Assembly: GCA_030264375.1 (NCBI GenBank)
Contig: JASCQW010000001.1
Span: forward strand, 93,535,182-93,599,181
Reading direction: 5' to 3'
Source of the DNA: Carcharhinus longimanus
Lineage: Eukaryota
DNA length: 64,000 bases
Shown here: positions 12,326-24,574 of the stretch, one piece after another
How positions within the stretch are numbered: the first letter of the stretch is position 1
Layout of the letters: every line of letters begins with the position of its first letter
Program-made: the position numbers and the translations under genes
Notes under the pieces: generated by a model
Databases searched by the model: none
The model's input: the letters and a program-made list of their open reading frames with translations, nothing else
Told to the model about the DNA's origin: nothing

Positions 12326-14289
12326 TCCTACAGAAGTTTTTTGTTGGTGATATCGTGTAAAACTTCACATCCATAAGTACTTCATTTTTTTTCCTGAATA
12401 TTACTTTTCTCTCCTATTATTCTCCATGTCTATCTCCTCCTTCCCTGAACCTCCATTACTTAAGCGTATTTCATTCGACCAACACTGGTCCCATTGCCCG
12501 CTAAAAAAAGTGCTGTTGGTAATTTCCTCGTGAGTTCTCCTGATGGTCCACTATATCTCCAGCAGATAACTTGTTAATATAACTTTACAACAGCCAATCA
12601 GGAGAACCCATGAAGAAGTTCCAGCAAGAGTGCTAGTACAACCAAGTTTAATCCTGTTGTCAGTCTGGTATCGTCTTTACCGGTTTTATAGTTATTCTCC
12701 ATTTACAGGATAAAATGCTCCGCAATTCAGTTAAATATTAAATGATTTTCATTTTTCCGCTTCCAATTACCAATTATTTGTCTACAGTTTTAGTTCTGCC
12801 AATTGCCATTGAATGTGATTGAGTGAACTGCAGATTCTAGATGTGCAGACCCTGGCAGCTACTCATGAGATGCAACTGACACATTGTGCCTTTAACTTAT
12901 TTCAACTCTCCTAGTAGCTACTCTGTCACACAGCAAAAAGAACAGACATCAGTACCTCTTTCTTCTAATAGATTCCAATTCACTTCCCTCCCTGACCCCT
13001 AGTGACAGATTCTTACTGTCACCAGTGGAGTGAATGGATAAAATCAGTGAACCACAACAATTTCTTCGTAGACATGTAGTATCTGGTAACCACTGAATAG
13101 TAGAAGCATTTCTTATGTAGACTATTTCTAGCAGTTATTTAAAGGCATTCCAAAAAAAGAGAGCGCTGAGGCAATCTCCGCTATCCTTGGCAGCTCCATT
13201 TCTACATTCCAGGCTACTTCCAACAGTAAAATCCAGGCTAATGTTTCAAAGAGACATTACAAGTTCAGAGATCCACTAATGCGATAGGATTTGCAATATA
13301 ACGAACAAGGGGAAATAATCACAACACTGCACTCAATTGAGTAGAACTTACATGATGCCAGCTACATTGAAAACTTATTGATACATTAATTAAAATCAAC
13401 CAACAGAAACCGCTTACTCAGCAATATTTACAGAGCAAGTGCTTCCAAATGACTTCATTGTATTCACTTCCTAATACAGAAACATCAGGGAACAAGGTGG
13501 AGAGTGGATAGGTCAGAGAAGGTTACTGAAACAACTGTACATATTCATACATCAGACATTCGAACATACAGCCCAATACCTGCTGAATTGTAAAGTCTGA
13601 AATCTCACAGGAAGATATACATGGAACACAATGCACAAAGGATCAGAGCAACAGCACTGCCACATTTAACATTACTTTCAGCCGACATATGCTGTGCAGG
13701 ACCCAAGTTGAAATTCAATGACAACTCCAACCAGATTCTGGGAATCTTCAGCTGGTTGTTAAAAGGGCGAAAGAATCAAGAGGATTTGTTAATATTTCTA
13801 TGATGGAATTGTCATGGTGATATAATGTCGGGGATTGTGTTTTATCAGCTGTTTACACAGAACTGTCCCTTTACACGATTCATTATGTCACTGCACATTG
13901 AATATGCCTCCAATATAAAAACAGCTGACTCTTTGCTCTGTGGAAACACCATTACAAAACCTGTAGCAGGTTCTGTAAGTGTTTTCCAAACAGATGACTT
14001 GGTAATCTAAACATCTGATCTAAGCATTAACAAAAAAACTGCTCTCTGCAGTTTTCATTTGCAATCAGAAAATCAGACCAATCACTTTCTGTCTAAAACC
14101 CCACCTTTGCCACGTGCTCATATACGTAAAGCTGCAGCAACCAGCAGCAATGAATGATTTCTTGTAATTTCCTCCTCTGTCGGAAACATTGAGAAGGTCA
14201 TGAGACCAAGTCATAATAGATTGCCATCCTACAGGAGACAGCTGACTGGAACCCAATCACCAATCATTCACAGAGTCAGTCTAGTTTCC

Positions 14290-14880
14290 TGAATGCAGCT
14301 TAGTGGGAGTGTTAAAGGTGTCGGCATTAGGATACATGTTAAACTGAGAATCCCTCTGTTCTCTCAGGTGGACTTAGCCTTACAGCGCCAGAGACCTAGG
14401 TTCAATTCTCAGCTTGGGTCACTGTCTGTGCAGAGTCTGTATGTTCTCCCTGTGTCTGCTTGGGTTTCCTCCAGTATCTTCCCACAGTATGAAAAATGTG
14501 CAGGTGAGGTGCATTGGCTATGCTAAATTCTCCCTCAGTGTACCTGAACAGGTGCCAGAATGTAGCGATTAGGGAGTTTTCATGGTAACTTTCATCGCAA
14601 TGTTAATGTAAGGCTACTCGTGACCATAATAAAAAATTTAAAATGATCCCGTGGCGTTATTTCGAAAAAGGGGAGGGGTGTTTTAACTGGTATGCCTGGC
14701 CAATATTCATCTTTCAACCAATGTCACAAGAAACAGATTCTCTGGTCAATGTCACAGTGTTGTTTGTGGAAACTTACTCTTTAACTTACAATCCAACAGC
14801 ATAGCAGGAACAACATTGCTGTAAAGCACCTGGGGATGTCCTGGTATTGCGAAAGATGCTATATCAATTCAAGTTCTTTC
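14290..14880 (+). mobile_element. DeuSINE-like element split by a V-SINE
   Basis: ...ctctcaggtggac | insert | gatcccgtggcgttatttcgaa...gccaatattcatc...aaagatgctatatcaattcaagt. Confidence 0.75.
14372..14640 (+). mobile_element. V-SINE, alternative (type B) tail
   Basis: HE1-like head and body, then ctccctcagtgtacctgaacagg...aatgttaatgtaaggctactcgtgacc-aataaa. Confidence 0.8.
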
Positions 14881-14909
14881 CCCCAACCCCTCACTAAAAT
14901 GATAACATT

Positions 14910-15347
14910 ATGGAGAATGGTTCCAAAAATGAGGGACTTTATTTATGTAGATAGACTGCAAAAGCTGGGAATATTGTAATGCTTAAGATGAGTGGCCTGG
15001 AAGAATAGGTAAGGAGAAACTGTTCCTATTAGCAGAATGGTCAAGAACCAAAAGACATTAATTCTTTGGCTATTCACCTTAAATCAAAGGTGACAAGAGG
15101 AAAAGTCTTTTTATGCAGTGAGTGGTAACGATCTGGAATGCACTGCCTGAGAGTCTTCTAAAGCAGATGCAATTTTTGCTTTCAAAGGATAATTGTTTAA
15201 TCATCCAAATACAAAGTAATTGCAGGACTGTAGGGAAATAGTAGGGAAGCAAGACTAACTGAGTTGCTCATGCAGGGAACAGGCATGGATACAATGGGCC
15301 AGATGATCCTCTTCTGTGTTGTAACCATTCCATGATTCTATGATACT
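14910..15347 (+). mobile_element. Old CR1 LINE 3' end
   Basis: tttttatgcagtgagtggtaacgatctggaatgcactgcct...atgggccagatgatcctcttctgtgttgtaaccattccatgattctatg. Confidence 0.8.
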
Positions 15348-18300
15348 ATGATGAGTCGTAATTGCTTTCTATATGAACAAGAATTAGAAAATATCCTGAT
15401 TACTCTGGAAGTTCAAAAGCACTAGCCTGGGAAAAAACTTGTCAGTAAGATTCACCACATCACTAGATTCACGAATAGGGGTTGCTATTCAAACAGGGTA
15501 AACATAAATCTTCCCATCAGCTGACCTTAAAAAAAATGACCAACAACATTTGGGTTGCTCCTGGTTACACGAAACCTGCAGTTGGGAACTAATGGCGTGA
15601 AAATGGACAAAACCTAAAATTCAAGTCACTATTATGCACCATTGTGCTCAGTCATCCAAAGCTTCATCTTCCTCAACAAACTGCTATTCTACTCCATTAG
15701 TACTCTATGGCAGTTCTCTCAATTTCCTACCATAACATCAGCAAGAGCTCAACTCTTAATGCTGCTTTTCTGGAATTTGGAGCTGGAAATTAGGCAATCA
15801 CTGTAGAAAGTAGCTCATCATCTTTATTTGTCTTCCAAGTTGGTTAACTATCCATTCCGTCATGAGGCCATCTTTCATAGGTGGAGCATTTTTCAATCCC
15901 TCCCCACTCCAGCCTCTATTAACTCCCTGCTCTCCTGAAAATATCAATCTATGTTGCAGCATGATTTCATAGGCATAGCCTAAATAACCATTCTACTAAT
16001 AATCATCTGACTCCTCACCCTAGTAGCAAGACACCTTACCATTGGACTCCTCGTCCTGGTGGCCATCAAACACAGGGACTGCAACAGTTCACCACCACCT
16101 TCTCAACGTCAATTAGTGATGTATAATAAACGCTGGGCTAGCCATCGATGCCCACATCCAGTGAAAGAATTAGAAAAAACAGACACCTCTTTTAATCACA
16201 ATGGCACATCTCATCCCAGCAAACTTCCAACACCACATCCTCGTAACCATTGATACATTTTCTTAATAATGATTGGATATCTTTTTCTAGTAACAATGGA
16301 ACACATTGTTCTACTTGGTCTAATCAGACCTGACTGGAGCAAGCTGCTGTTTTATATGGGCAGTTGTTTCTGTGAACCATAGATGTACGATTGCATCCCC
16401 CCAACCCTGTGACAACAGCAAGAGGTCGGTTGAGGGCAGAACTTGTGGTAACATTAGGCACTTGCTCGAGTAACCAATTGATACCTTTTCTAGTAATCAT
16501 CAGACACTTTGCCCTAGTAACCAACGAATATGTCACCTTAACAGCCATCAGATACCTCATGCAAAGTAGCATCTTGGTGTTTATGAGTATGCACAGTGAG
16601 TATTGGCAGAGTTGCTCAGCTGTGTGTGACAGCCAAGCCTGACCTTATCATCACCTGATGTTCACACACATGCACTTTGTTGCTAGTTCACCAGTCGAAG
16701 GATTTGTTATCATATTAAAAACAGCAATTATGTATTGCAATAATTTTAATGAAGAACTGTAGTCCTGCTATAACAGCAGAGATTATGTTTCATACAAATC
16801 TCACTGCTAAAAATCGGCTGCTTAGCGTATAAAATAAATGCAATCTATAAAAATTACATTGCAATAATCCATGCAGTAATGATGCTGTATGAGTTTTCAA
16901 AACAGCCAGGAGGTCAATTATAAATTTATGCTCTACATATCTTTTTTTTTCAGTTACAACACTGAATATTGATCAACATTAGAACCCAGAGTATTTATCT
17001 GTACAGTCAGAGAGAATAGGAGCTCATTCACTGTGAACTTGGATAATTCAGCACAAACCAAGTACTAAACTCAAGGACACTTCTCAGGACTGAACAGACA
17101 CTTACTTGATCTGTTCTGACAAAATGTTAGCTGATCTGTTCCCGCCACAGATGCCGATTGGCCTGCTGTATGTTTCTGTCTTTTTTTGCTTTTTGTTTCA
17201 AATTTTCATTTTGAATAGATTTTTTTCCTTTTTATCATCCTGGTCTGTCTGCTCAGTGTACGAGAGGCTGGGCATAGGTTCAATGGGGCTAAGACAATGG
17301 TTCTAACATTCTAATAATCTCAATCTAATTAGACAACAGTTAAAGCAATGGTCTGTACTAGTCTGTGCTGCTTTATACAATGCAATATTTAACATTCACA
17401 GAAAACCTTTTTGGTATGTGCTGAATGATGGAACACATGAATAAAAAAACCCTGAAATGTTCAATCTGTGTGCAACACTCTCCTTCAGCAGCCAAGTGCT
17501 AAGGAATGAATCAACCTGTCATGGCTGCTCTTCCCTACGCCTAATGTTTATACACACTTCACCCAGTATGTAATTATATACCAAGTGTAGTCTATAATTA
17601 ATGAAAGTGCGATTCAGTTAAATGTGGCAATGTTTCCTATCGCCACTTTAAATGTCTAACATGCTTGCCATCCCATTCACATCATGCTGGTGACATGGTT
17701 ACAGGAAGGGTGATATTTTAATTTGAGCAGTTTTCAGTGCTTTGATGCTGAAAGTTTTTTTTGTTGGCAGTATGTTAAGGAGTGCTCAGGAAAGTGAAAC
17801 ATACTGTAACTCCAGCCACATCTGTTTTCATTGCATCGTAACATAAGAGCACCACATGGATACAGACTTTTATTATTCACACCAAATAAGGAGAGAGCAG
17901 CACAGCTCGTTCTAGCTGTTTACACCATTCAGAAAGCATTTCCTTTGAATCTTTCTACAGATACTACACTTGTCAAGGCTAAGTTCACAGTTCTTGCTTT
18001 GGGTGCCTGTCTTCTCCTGCAGTTATCAATATATGCAGTGTTTTATTTTATTTTGTGTGGATATTCAACTGAGATTTCCTGAGCATGTTGAGTCAGTGGT
18101 TTGCTGATAATTAGCTGGAGTGATTAAATCTTTACCACAAAAACTGATAATACTTCAAAAGAGGACAGCTGCGGTATTCTCCTCCTCCCCTCCTCTCCTT
18201 TCAGGGCAAACTTCTAATGGCGCCAATCACCCACTGGTACTTTGCCCAGATGGTGATCATTGACGTGGGAGCCCCCATGAAAGTGTTGTAGGCTATTTGA

Positions 18301-18809
18301 CTAGAGAGCGCATCACAGCTGGATCCAATTCTATTTTAACCTGATACACGCACACATTTTTTTTTTGCACCACTTCCCTCAGGGGCACCACAATCAGAAA
18401 CGGGAGCTCTGACTGAGATTCCCCTTTCTAATGTGGGAGTTGAGAAGCAGCACTTCAAAATTACCATAGCTGCGGTCAACAGTGAGTGGGGATTGTAACC
18501 TGAATCTTTCATGGATCTTTAAAACTCACCAAGTTGCTGGATAAAGTTGCTCAGCTACTGGCAGTTGTGGTGTTGATTTTATTGGTATTTGAATAAAAAT
18601 GTAAGTTCTCACTTTTAGGCTGAGAGACAAATGCTAAATGTGCACATTGCCTGACTGTCACAATATATTACCGGATATTTTGAAATCATTTTTATCCACA
18701 CAAGTGAATCCTATTTGTTCTTATTTTATGGTGATGTAGTACAGTGTTAATATGGGAAACAACAAACAGGCTGTCGCAGAGTATAAATCTAAAAGTAAAC
18801 CAACAGAAT

Positions 18810-19164
18810 TTTTTTATTCATTCATGGGACATGGGCGTCACTGGCTGGTTAGCATTTATTGTCCATCCCTAGTTGCCCAAGAGCAGTTAAGAGTCACATT
18901 GCTGTGGCTCTAGATTCACATGTAGGCCAGACCAGGTAAGGATGACAGATTTCCTTCCGTAAAGGTCATTATTAAAGCAGTTGGGTTTTTCCGACAATCA
19001 ACAATGGTTTCATGGTTATCAGTAGATTCTTAATTCCTGATTTTTTTATATTGAATTCAAATTCCATCATCTGCCATGGTGGGATTTGAACCGGGTCCCC
19101 AGAATATTAACTAAATTTCTGGATGAATAGTCTAGCAATAATGCCACTAGGACATCGCCTCCCC
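18810..19164 (-). mobile_element. tRNA-headed SINE, full length (central domain recalls the Meta domain)
   Basis: Minus strand: GGGGAGGCGATG..CTAGTGG...GGTTCAAATCCC (B box)...GGAAGGAAATCTG.CATCCTTACCTGGTCTGGCCTACATGTGA...GGGATGGACAATAAATGCT...ATGAATGAATAAAAAA. Near-identical layout at 38960-39311. Confidence 0.8.
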
Positions 19165-19256
19165 TTGCAGGTAAGGCTAGAGTTTACAAAAACAATATAG
19201 GGACAAAATTTCAGGCTCTGTATCTGAATGCATGCAGCATTCGAAACAAAACAGAT

Positions 19257-19596
19257 GAATCATAGAATCCCTACAGTACAGAAATAGGCCATTCAGCCCA
19301 TCAAGTCTGCACCGACCACAATCCCACCCAGACTCCACCCCCATATCCCTATATATTTACCCACTAATCCCTCTAACCTACACATCTCAGGACACTGAGG
19401 GCAATTTTTAGCATGGCCAATCAACCTAATGGGCATATCTTTGGACTGTGGGAGGAAACTGGAGCACCCGGAGGAAACCCACACAGACACAAGGAGAATG
19501 TGCAAACTCCACACCGACAGTGACCCGAGCTGGGAATTGAACCCAGATCTTGAGAGCTGTGAAGCAACAGTGCTAACCACTGTGCTACCGTGCTGC
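19257..19596 (-). mobile_element. HE1-like V-SINE, full length
   Basis: GCAGCACGGTAGCACAGTGGTTAGCACT (A box)...GGTTCAATTCC (B box), V domain and CR1-type tail. Confidence 0.9.
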
Positions 19597-19597
19597 G

Positions 19598-19880
19598 TTT
19601 AAGTTTATTTAGTAGTCACAAGTACGGCTTACATTAACATTGTAATGAAATTACTGTGAAATTCCCCTTGTTGCCACAGTCCGGCACCTGTTCGGATCAA
19701 TACAACTAACCAGCACGTCTTTCAGAACGTGGGTGGAACCTGGAGCACCCAGAGGAAACCTACACGGACACGGGGAGAATGTGCAGACTCTATACAGACA
19801 GTGATCCAAGCCAGGAATTGAACTGGGTTCCCTGGTGCTGTGAAGCAGCAGTGCTAACCACTGTGCTACCATGCCACCCA
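19598..19880 (-). mobile_element. V-SINE, type B tail
   Basis: Same head and body as HE1; tail GGAATTTCACAGTAATTTCATTACAATGTTAATGTAAGCCGTACTTGTGACTACTAAATAAAC. Confidence 0.85.
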
Positions 19881-21557
19881 ACTGATAGCTCTTTGAAAAG
19901 TCCAACACCGGCATTCAGGACCAAATGGCATCTTTCTTTGTTCCAAGATCCTGTGATATCATTAACAAAACTATTTGCTTAGATCCTGATAAAAATGCAG
20001 TGGTCTAACCTTTGATTCCATATGCATTGCTCATTGGGCAGCCTAGTGGCACAGCGGTTAGCACTGCTGCCTCACAGCAGCAGGTCCGATTCCTGGCTTA
20101 GGTCACTATCTGCACAAAATCTTTCTTTGTGAGCACTTTCCCCTGAGGCAGGCGGAATAAGCCAGAAATTTTCCCAACTTCCGCTGCCCATCACCAGGAT
20201 GAAAAACTCAAGTCGATGACATTCAAAATACAAGATTAATTTAAATCTGCAGACTAACTTAGAAAGTAAATCACAACCAAGCTAACCCTTCTTCAGGCTG
20301 GAAGAAGTAAATGAACAGGATATAAAGAGAAACAGAATTAAGAGATGGGAGGGAAACATACAGGTGTGCAAGTCTAAATTTTACATTTCCTCCAAATGAT
20401 GGCAATCCCAAAAGATAGTACTACCATGGTTAATATGTACAGTCATCTTAAATGGAGTGCTTAAATCTTGGGAGCGAGGTTTGAATCCCAGCCCCTACAA
20501 TTAGAGATGAGAATGTTACTTCAGAACCAAAGCTGACAAAGTTGTAAGGTCTTACATCCAGCCTTGGTGCTTATTTATTTATTATTGTTACAAGTAAGCT
20601 TACATTTACACCGCAATGAAGTTTCTGGATTAATAGCCTAGCAATAATACCACTGGGCCATCACCACTCGAGTGGAGTTGGGAATCTGGAATTGGGGCTC
20701 CTGTGCATTTCGACAGGGTTCCCCTGTCATCACAGCTTGGTGACAATTCAGCCCCTTCTGTTTTTTCACACATCTCAAGCTTATATTCAGAGCATTTTCT
20801 TTCAAATTCTCAGCTTTTTGAGTTGCTGATAGCTTCCTTAAATTTATTAGTCAGCATTTTAGCTGGCTTTCTAAATTGACAATGTAATCAGAGTTTGAAC
20901 AGGAGTCTCCGTTTATTTGTATCTAAGTTCTGGGCAGCAATCGGTGTTTCACTTCTGCCTCCATGAACAGACACAGCTTGTCACTGTGGTGGGCTTAGCG
21001 GGGCTCACTTTTAATCTGCAACTGTATAAATAAATGCTTAGAGAAATGTGTAAAGCTTGACTCCTGTTATTCTGTAGCTACTGGCTTACAACAGCTCACA
21101 GTTGGGAACCTGCAGCGAGGCAACGTGGAAAGTTATTATTTTGTTTGATCAGAGAAGAAAGCATAGAATGCAAAAAGAAATGTGATTCATCCCCTCAATC
21201 ATGCTCCTTCTATAGCCCACGTCTAATGTAAATTAAAACTTATTAATTGAACCTAATGAGGTTCTTCAAGGATTCTCCCTGACTGCTCCCCGAAGATAAG
21301 TCAAGCAAACACTGGGAATACTTGTCTAATCATATGTCTGACATTATGAAGCAAAGGCTCTTTCTTTTGTCTGATATTTCTTACTCATAATGTGCCATAC
21401 AGCATCCAATTATTGCTGTCCGTAACAATCCCGATTAATCGTAATCCTAAACTGCACCGCGAATCATTCATCAATTTTTAAAGGAGGCAATCAGCATACT
21501 GCAGAATTTTACAAAGGCTTCTTGAAGTAAACTTGAACAGGCTGTGAACCTGTGTGG

Positions 21558-21762
21558 GTGGCATGGTGGCACAGCGGTTAGCACTGCTGCCCTACAGTGN
21601 NNNNNNNNNTCCGGTTTCCTCCCACAGTACGAAAGATGTGTTGGTTAGGTGTACTGGCCATGCTAAGTTCTCTCTCAGTGTGTACCCGAACAGGCGACTG
21701 GGGGATTCTCACTATAACTTTATTGCAGTGTTAATGCACTAGTAACTAATAAATAAACTTTA
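21558..21762 (+). mobile_element. V-SINE, type B tail (spans a 10-N gap)
   Basis: ggcatggtggcacagcggttagcactgctgcc head; ggggattctcactataactttattgcagtgttaatg...aataaataaact tail. Confidence 0.8.
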
Positions 21763-22332
21763 TTCTGCCGCAATCATATGGAAGATCTGGAATTAGAGTT
21801 ATAACTTCAGTGACAGGAAACACCATCTGTGTTATTTTCTTTCGTTGCCAATAAAAGAACATTAATGAAATACTTCAAAACTTACAGATGATTGTCATCA
21901 CCCTGCTATTATGCCACTATCTCTGTGTTTCTGAACACTGCTACATGAGTAATCTGCCTAATTTTGTTTTATATATTCTATTGTCAATCAAATCCCCATC
22001 AACTGCACTAGGTGGCAATCTGCTCCGTGGAGTACAGCCCTTGATTGGTAACATTCACATTTAAACGCTTTTCATGCACACACTTCATTCTTAGGATCTA
22101 CGTAATACCCTTGGCAGGTTAAAATCCAAGCACAATTTGTGCACACAGGCATAAAGTACGTTAAGCATTTGTACATGAACTTCAATTGGATGTTCGACTT
22201 TCATAAATTAGTGATTACCGGTGGGGAAAATTTACTCATTAAGTAATGTTTTTTGCTTTGAGTTCACTTCATCTGGAAGCAGATCTAGCTCCATTCTGGT
22301 TCTGTTGGCCATTACCTCACCAAAGTGATTGA

Positions 22333-22672
22333 GTGGCACTGTGGTGGCACTGCTGCCTCACAGCGCCAGGGACCCGTGTTCAATTCCAGCCCTGAGTGAC
22401 TGCCTGTGCGGAGGTTGCACATTCCCCCTGTGTCTGCATGGGTTTCCTCCGGATGCTCCAGTTTCCTTCCATACTCCAAAGATGTGCAAGTCAGGTGGAT
22501 TGGCCAGGCTAAATTGCCCCTTAGTGTCCAAAGATATGTAGGTTAGGAGGCTTAGTGAGTAAATATGTGGGGTTACAGGGATAGGGCCTGGGTGGGATGC
22601 TCTCTTGGGGAGTCAGTGCAGGCTTGATAGGTCGAATAGCCTCCTTCTGCACTGTAGGGATTCTACGATTCT
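22333..22672 (+). mobile_element. HE1-like V-SINE, full length
   Basis: Head, V domain and cctccttctgcactgtagggattctacgattctatg tail. Confidence 0.9.
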
Positions 22673-22800
22673 ATGTGCGACATTTTTCAGCCACGCTCAT
22701 CCTGAAACTGGAAAATCCCACCCAAAGTCAATGGACTTTTTCATGGGTTGCCATTGCCCACTCCGGTTCCCCTGATGGGCTGATCAGGAAAACTCGCCCC
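22673..22800. mobile_element. ~125-bp MITE inserted in the SINE tail repeat
   Basis: Similar to the 2796 and 57228 copies; ends ggaaaactcgcccc; the (attctatg) tail resumes after it. Confidence 0.6.
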
Positions 22801-22814
22801 TATGATTCTATGAA

Positions 22815-23127
22815 AGTGTTTAGTTTATTTATTAGTGCCACAAATAAGGCTTACATTAACACTGCAAGGAAGTTACTGTGAAAATCCCCCAGTCGTCACA
22901 CTCCAGCGCCTGTTTGGGTATACTGAGGGAGAATTTAGCATGGCAAATTCACCTAACCAGCGTGTCTTTCAGACTGTGGGAAGAAACTGGAGCATCTGGA
23001 GGAAACCCATGCAGAAATGGGGAGAATGTGTAAACTTGACATAGACAGTGACCCAAGCCAGGAATCGAACCTGTGTCCCTGGCACTGTGAGGAAGCAGTG
23101 CTAACCACTGTGCCACCGTGCTGCCCC
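22815..23127 (-). mobile_element. V-SINE, type B tail, full length
   Basis: Minus strand GGGGCAGCACGGTGGCACAGTGGTTAGCACTGC...GGTTCGATTCC; type B tail ending AATAAATAAAC. Confidence 0.9.
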
Positions 23128-23369
23128 AATTATTGTGACTATTGTAAATGAGAGTCTGAAGTGTACTTGATCTTGGTGTACTGCAGCTGATGTCAATTCT
23201 GGCACCTTGTGAAATAACGACATGCAGTTTCATCACATCAGGATATTCCAAAGTTTTTTACACCCAATTAAGTCATTTTTGAAAAGTAGTTGCTGTTATA
23301 ATACAGGGAGTACGGCAATCAATTTGCGCTCACCAACGGAGAAACAACTCTATTGGAGGGACAAATATT

Positions 23370-23812
23370 GAATCATAGAACACTCCACAGCAGAAGGAGA
23401 CCATTTGGCCCATCGGGTCTACATCAGTTCTTTCGAAAAAAAATCCAGTTTGTCCTATTCTGTCTCTCTATTGCAACACTCCTGAAATTCTCTTCCATCA
23501 AGCGTTTTGCTAATTCTATTCTGAAAGTTAAAACTGAATCTGTTTCCCTCACAGGCATAAATCCTAACTTATAAATTTATAAGTTTTATAAGCCCTAACA
23601 ATTCGCTGTGTAAAAAGGTTCTTCCCCATGACCCCGGTTACCATCTCGACAGCTGCTGGAAACAGTTTCACTTTACTTCGAACGCTTTGATCAAATCTCT
23701 TCTTCCCTTTCTCCAGTCGGAGTTGAGAAATTCCAGGTTCACCAGTCTAATCATAGTATATTCCCTCAACCTTGGAATCATTGCACTCAATCCTTTTCAT
23801 ACCCTTTCCAAA
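23370..23812 (-). mobile_element. Old CR1 3' end
   Basis: gaatcatagaacactccacagcagaaggagaccatttggcccatc tail followed by a degenerate CR1 3' region. Confidence 0.7.
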
Positions 23813-23814
23813 AG

Positions 23815-24128
23815 ATTGAGTATGTGGACATTAAGAAAAAGGATGTGTTGGAAGATTTGAATAGCATCAAGATAGATAAATTGCCGGGACCGGATGGGAT
23901 GTACCCCAGGTTACTGTGGGAGGTGAGGGAAGTGATTGCAGAGCTCCTGGCGATGATCTTTGTGTCGTCGATGGAGACGGGAGAGGTTCCGGAGGACTGG
24001 AGGATTGCGGATGTGGTTCCTATTTTCAAGAAAGGGAACAGGGATAGCCCGGGAAATTACCGACCGGTGAGTCTGACCTCAGTGGTTGGTAAGTTGATGG
24101 AGAGGCTTCTGAGGGACAAGATTTATGA
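23815..24128 (+). mobile_element. Young CR1 ORF2 reverse-transcriptase fragment (runs into a gap)
   Basis: Open, CpG-rich frame DKLPGPDGMYPRLL...GEVPEDWRIADVVPIFKKGNRDSPGNYRPVSLTSVVGKLME. Confidence 0.95.
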
Positions 24129-24574
24129 NNNNNNNNNNNNNNNNNNNNNNNNNNNNNNNNNNNNNNNNNNNNNNNNNNNNNNNNNNNNNNNNNNNNNNNN
24201 NNNNNNNNNNNNNNNNNNNNNNNNNNNNAGGCCTCCCAGGGACCTTCCCATTCAGGCCCCAACACTTTAAGGCCCACCCCTATCCCTGGCCATCTGGAGC
24301 TCCAGACCCTGGCATGGTCATCATGTCTAGTGTCCATTTGTGGAGTTGTACCAGTGGTGGGTGAATTCCAGGAGTTGGGTGAACCTGGCTTAAAACAGAT
24401 CCTGCATATTTAAATGAAGATTGAAATCAGTTAATCTGGTTCACACACAACGTAATTACGTCACTGGATAGGACTGGGGAGAATATCAAAAGAAGTTCTC
24501 CCCAGTACAAATCACATTACGGTCCCTCTCACGAGAATCTCCGGCTATAATAGGATTTGCCTCTGTGCTCATGG

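Noticed and set aside
19540-19596. tRNA genes at A-box/B-box sequences
   Set aside because: They are SINE heads followed by SINE bodies; no complete cloverleaf.
23370-24128. Single 5'-inverted (twin-primed) CR1
   Set aside because: The geometry fits, but the 3' part is heavily decayed while the RT part is intact and CpG-rich, so they are probably two insertions of different age.
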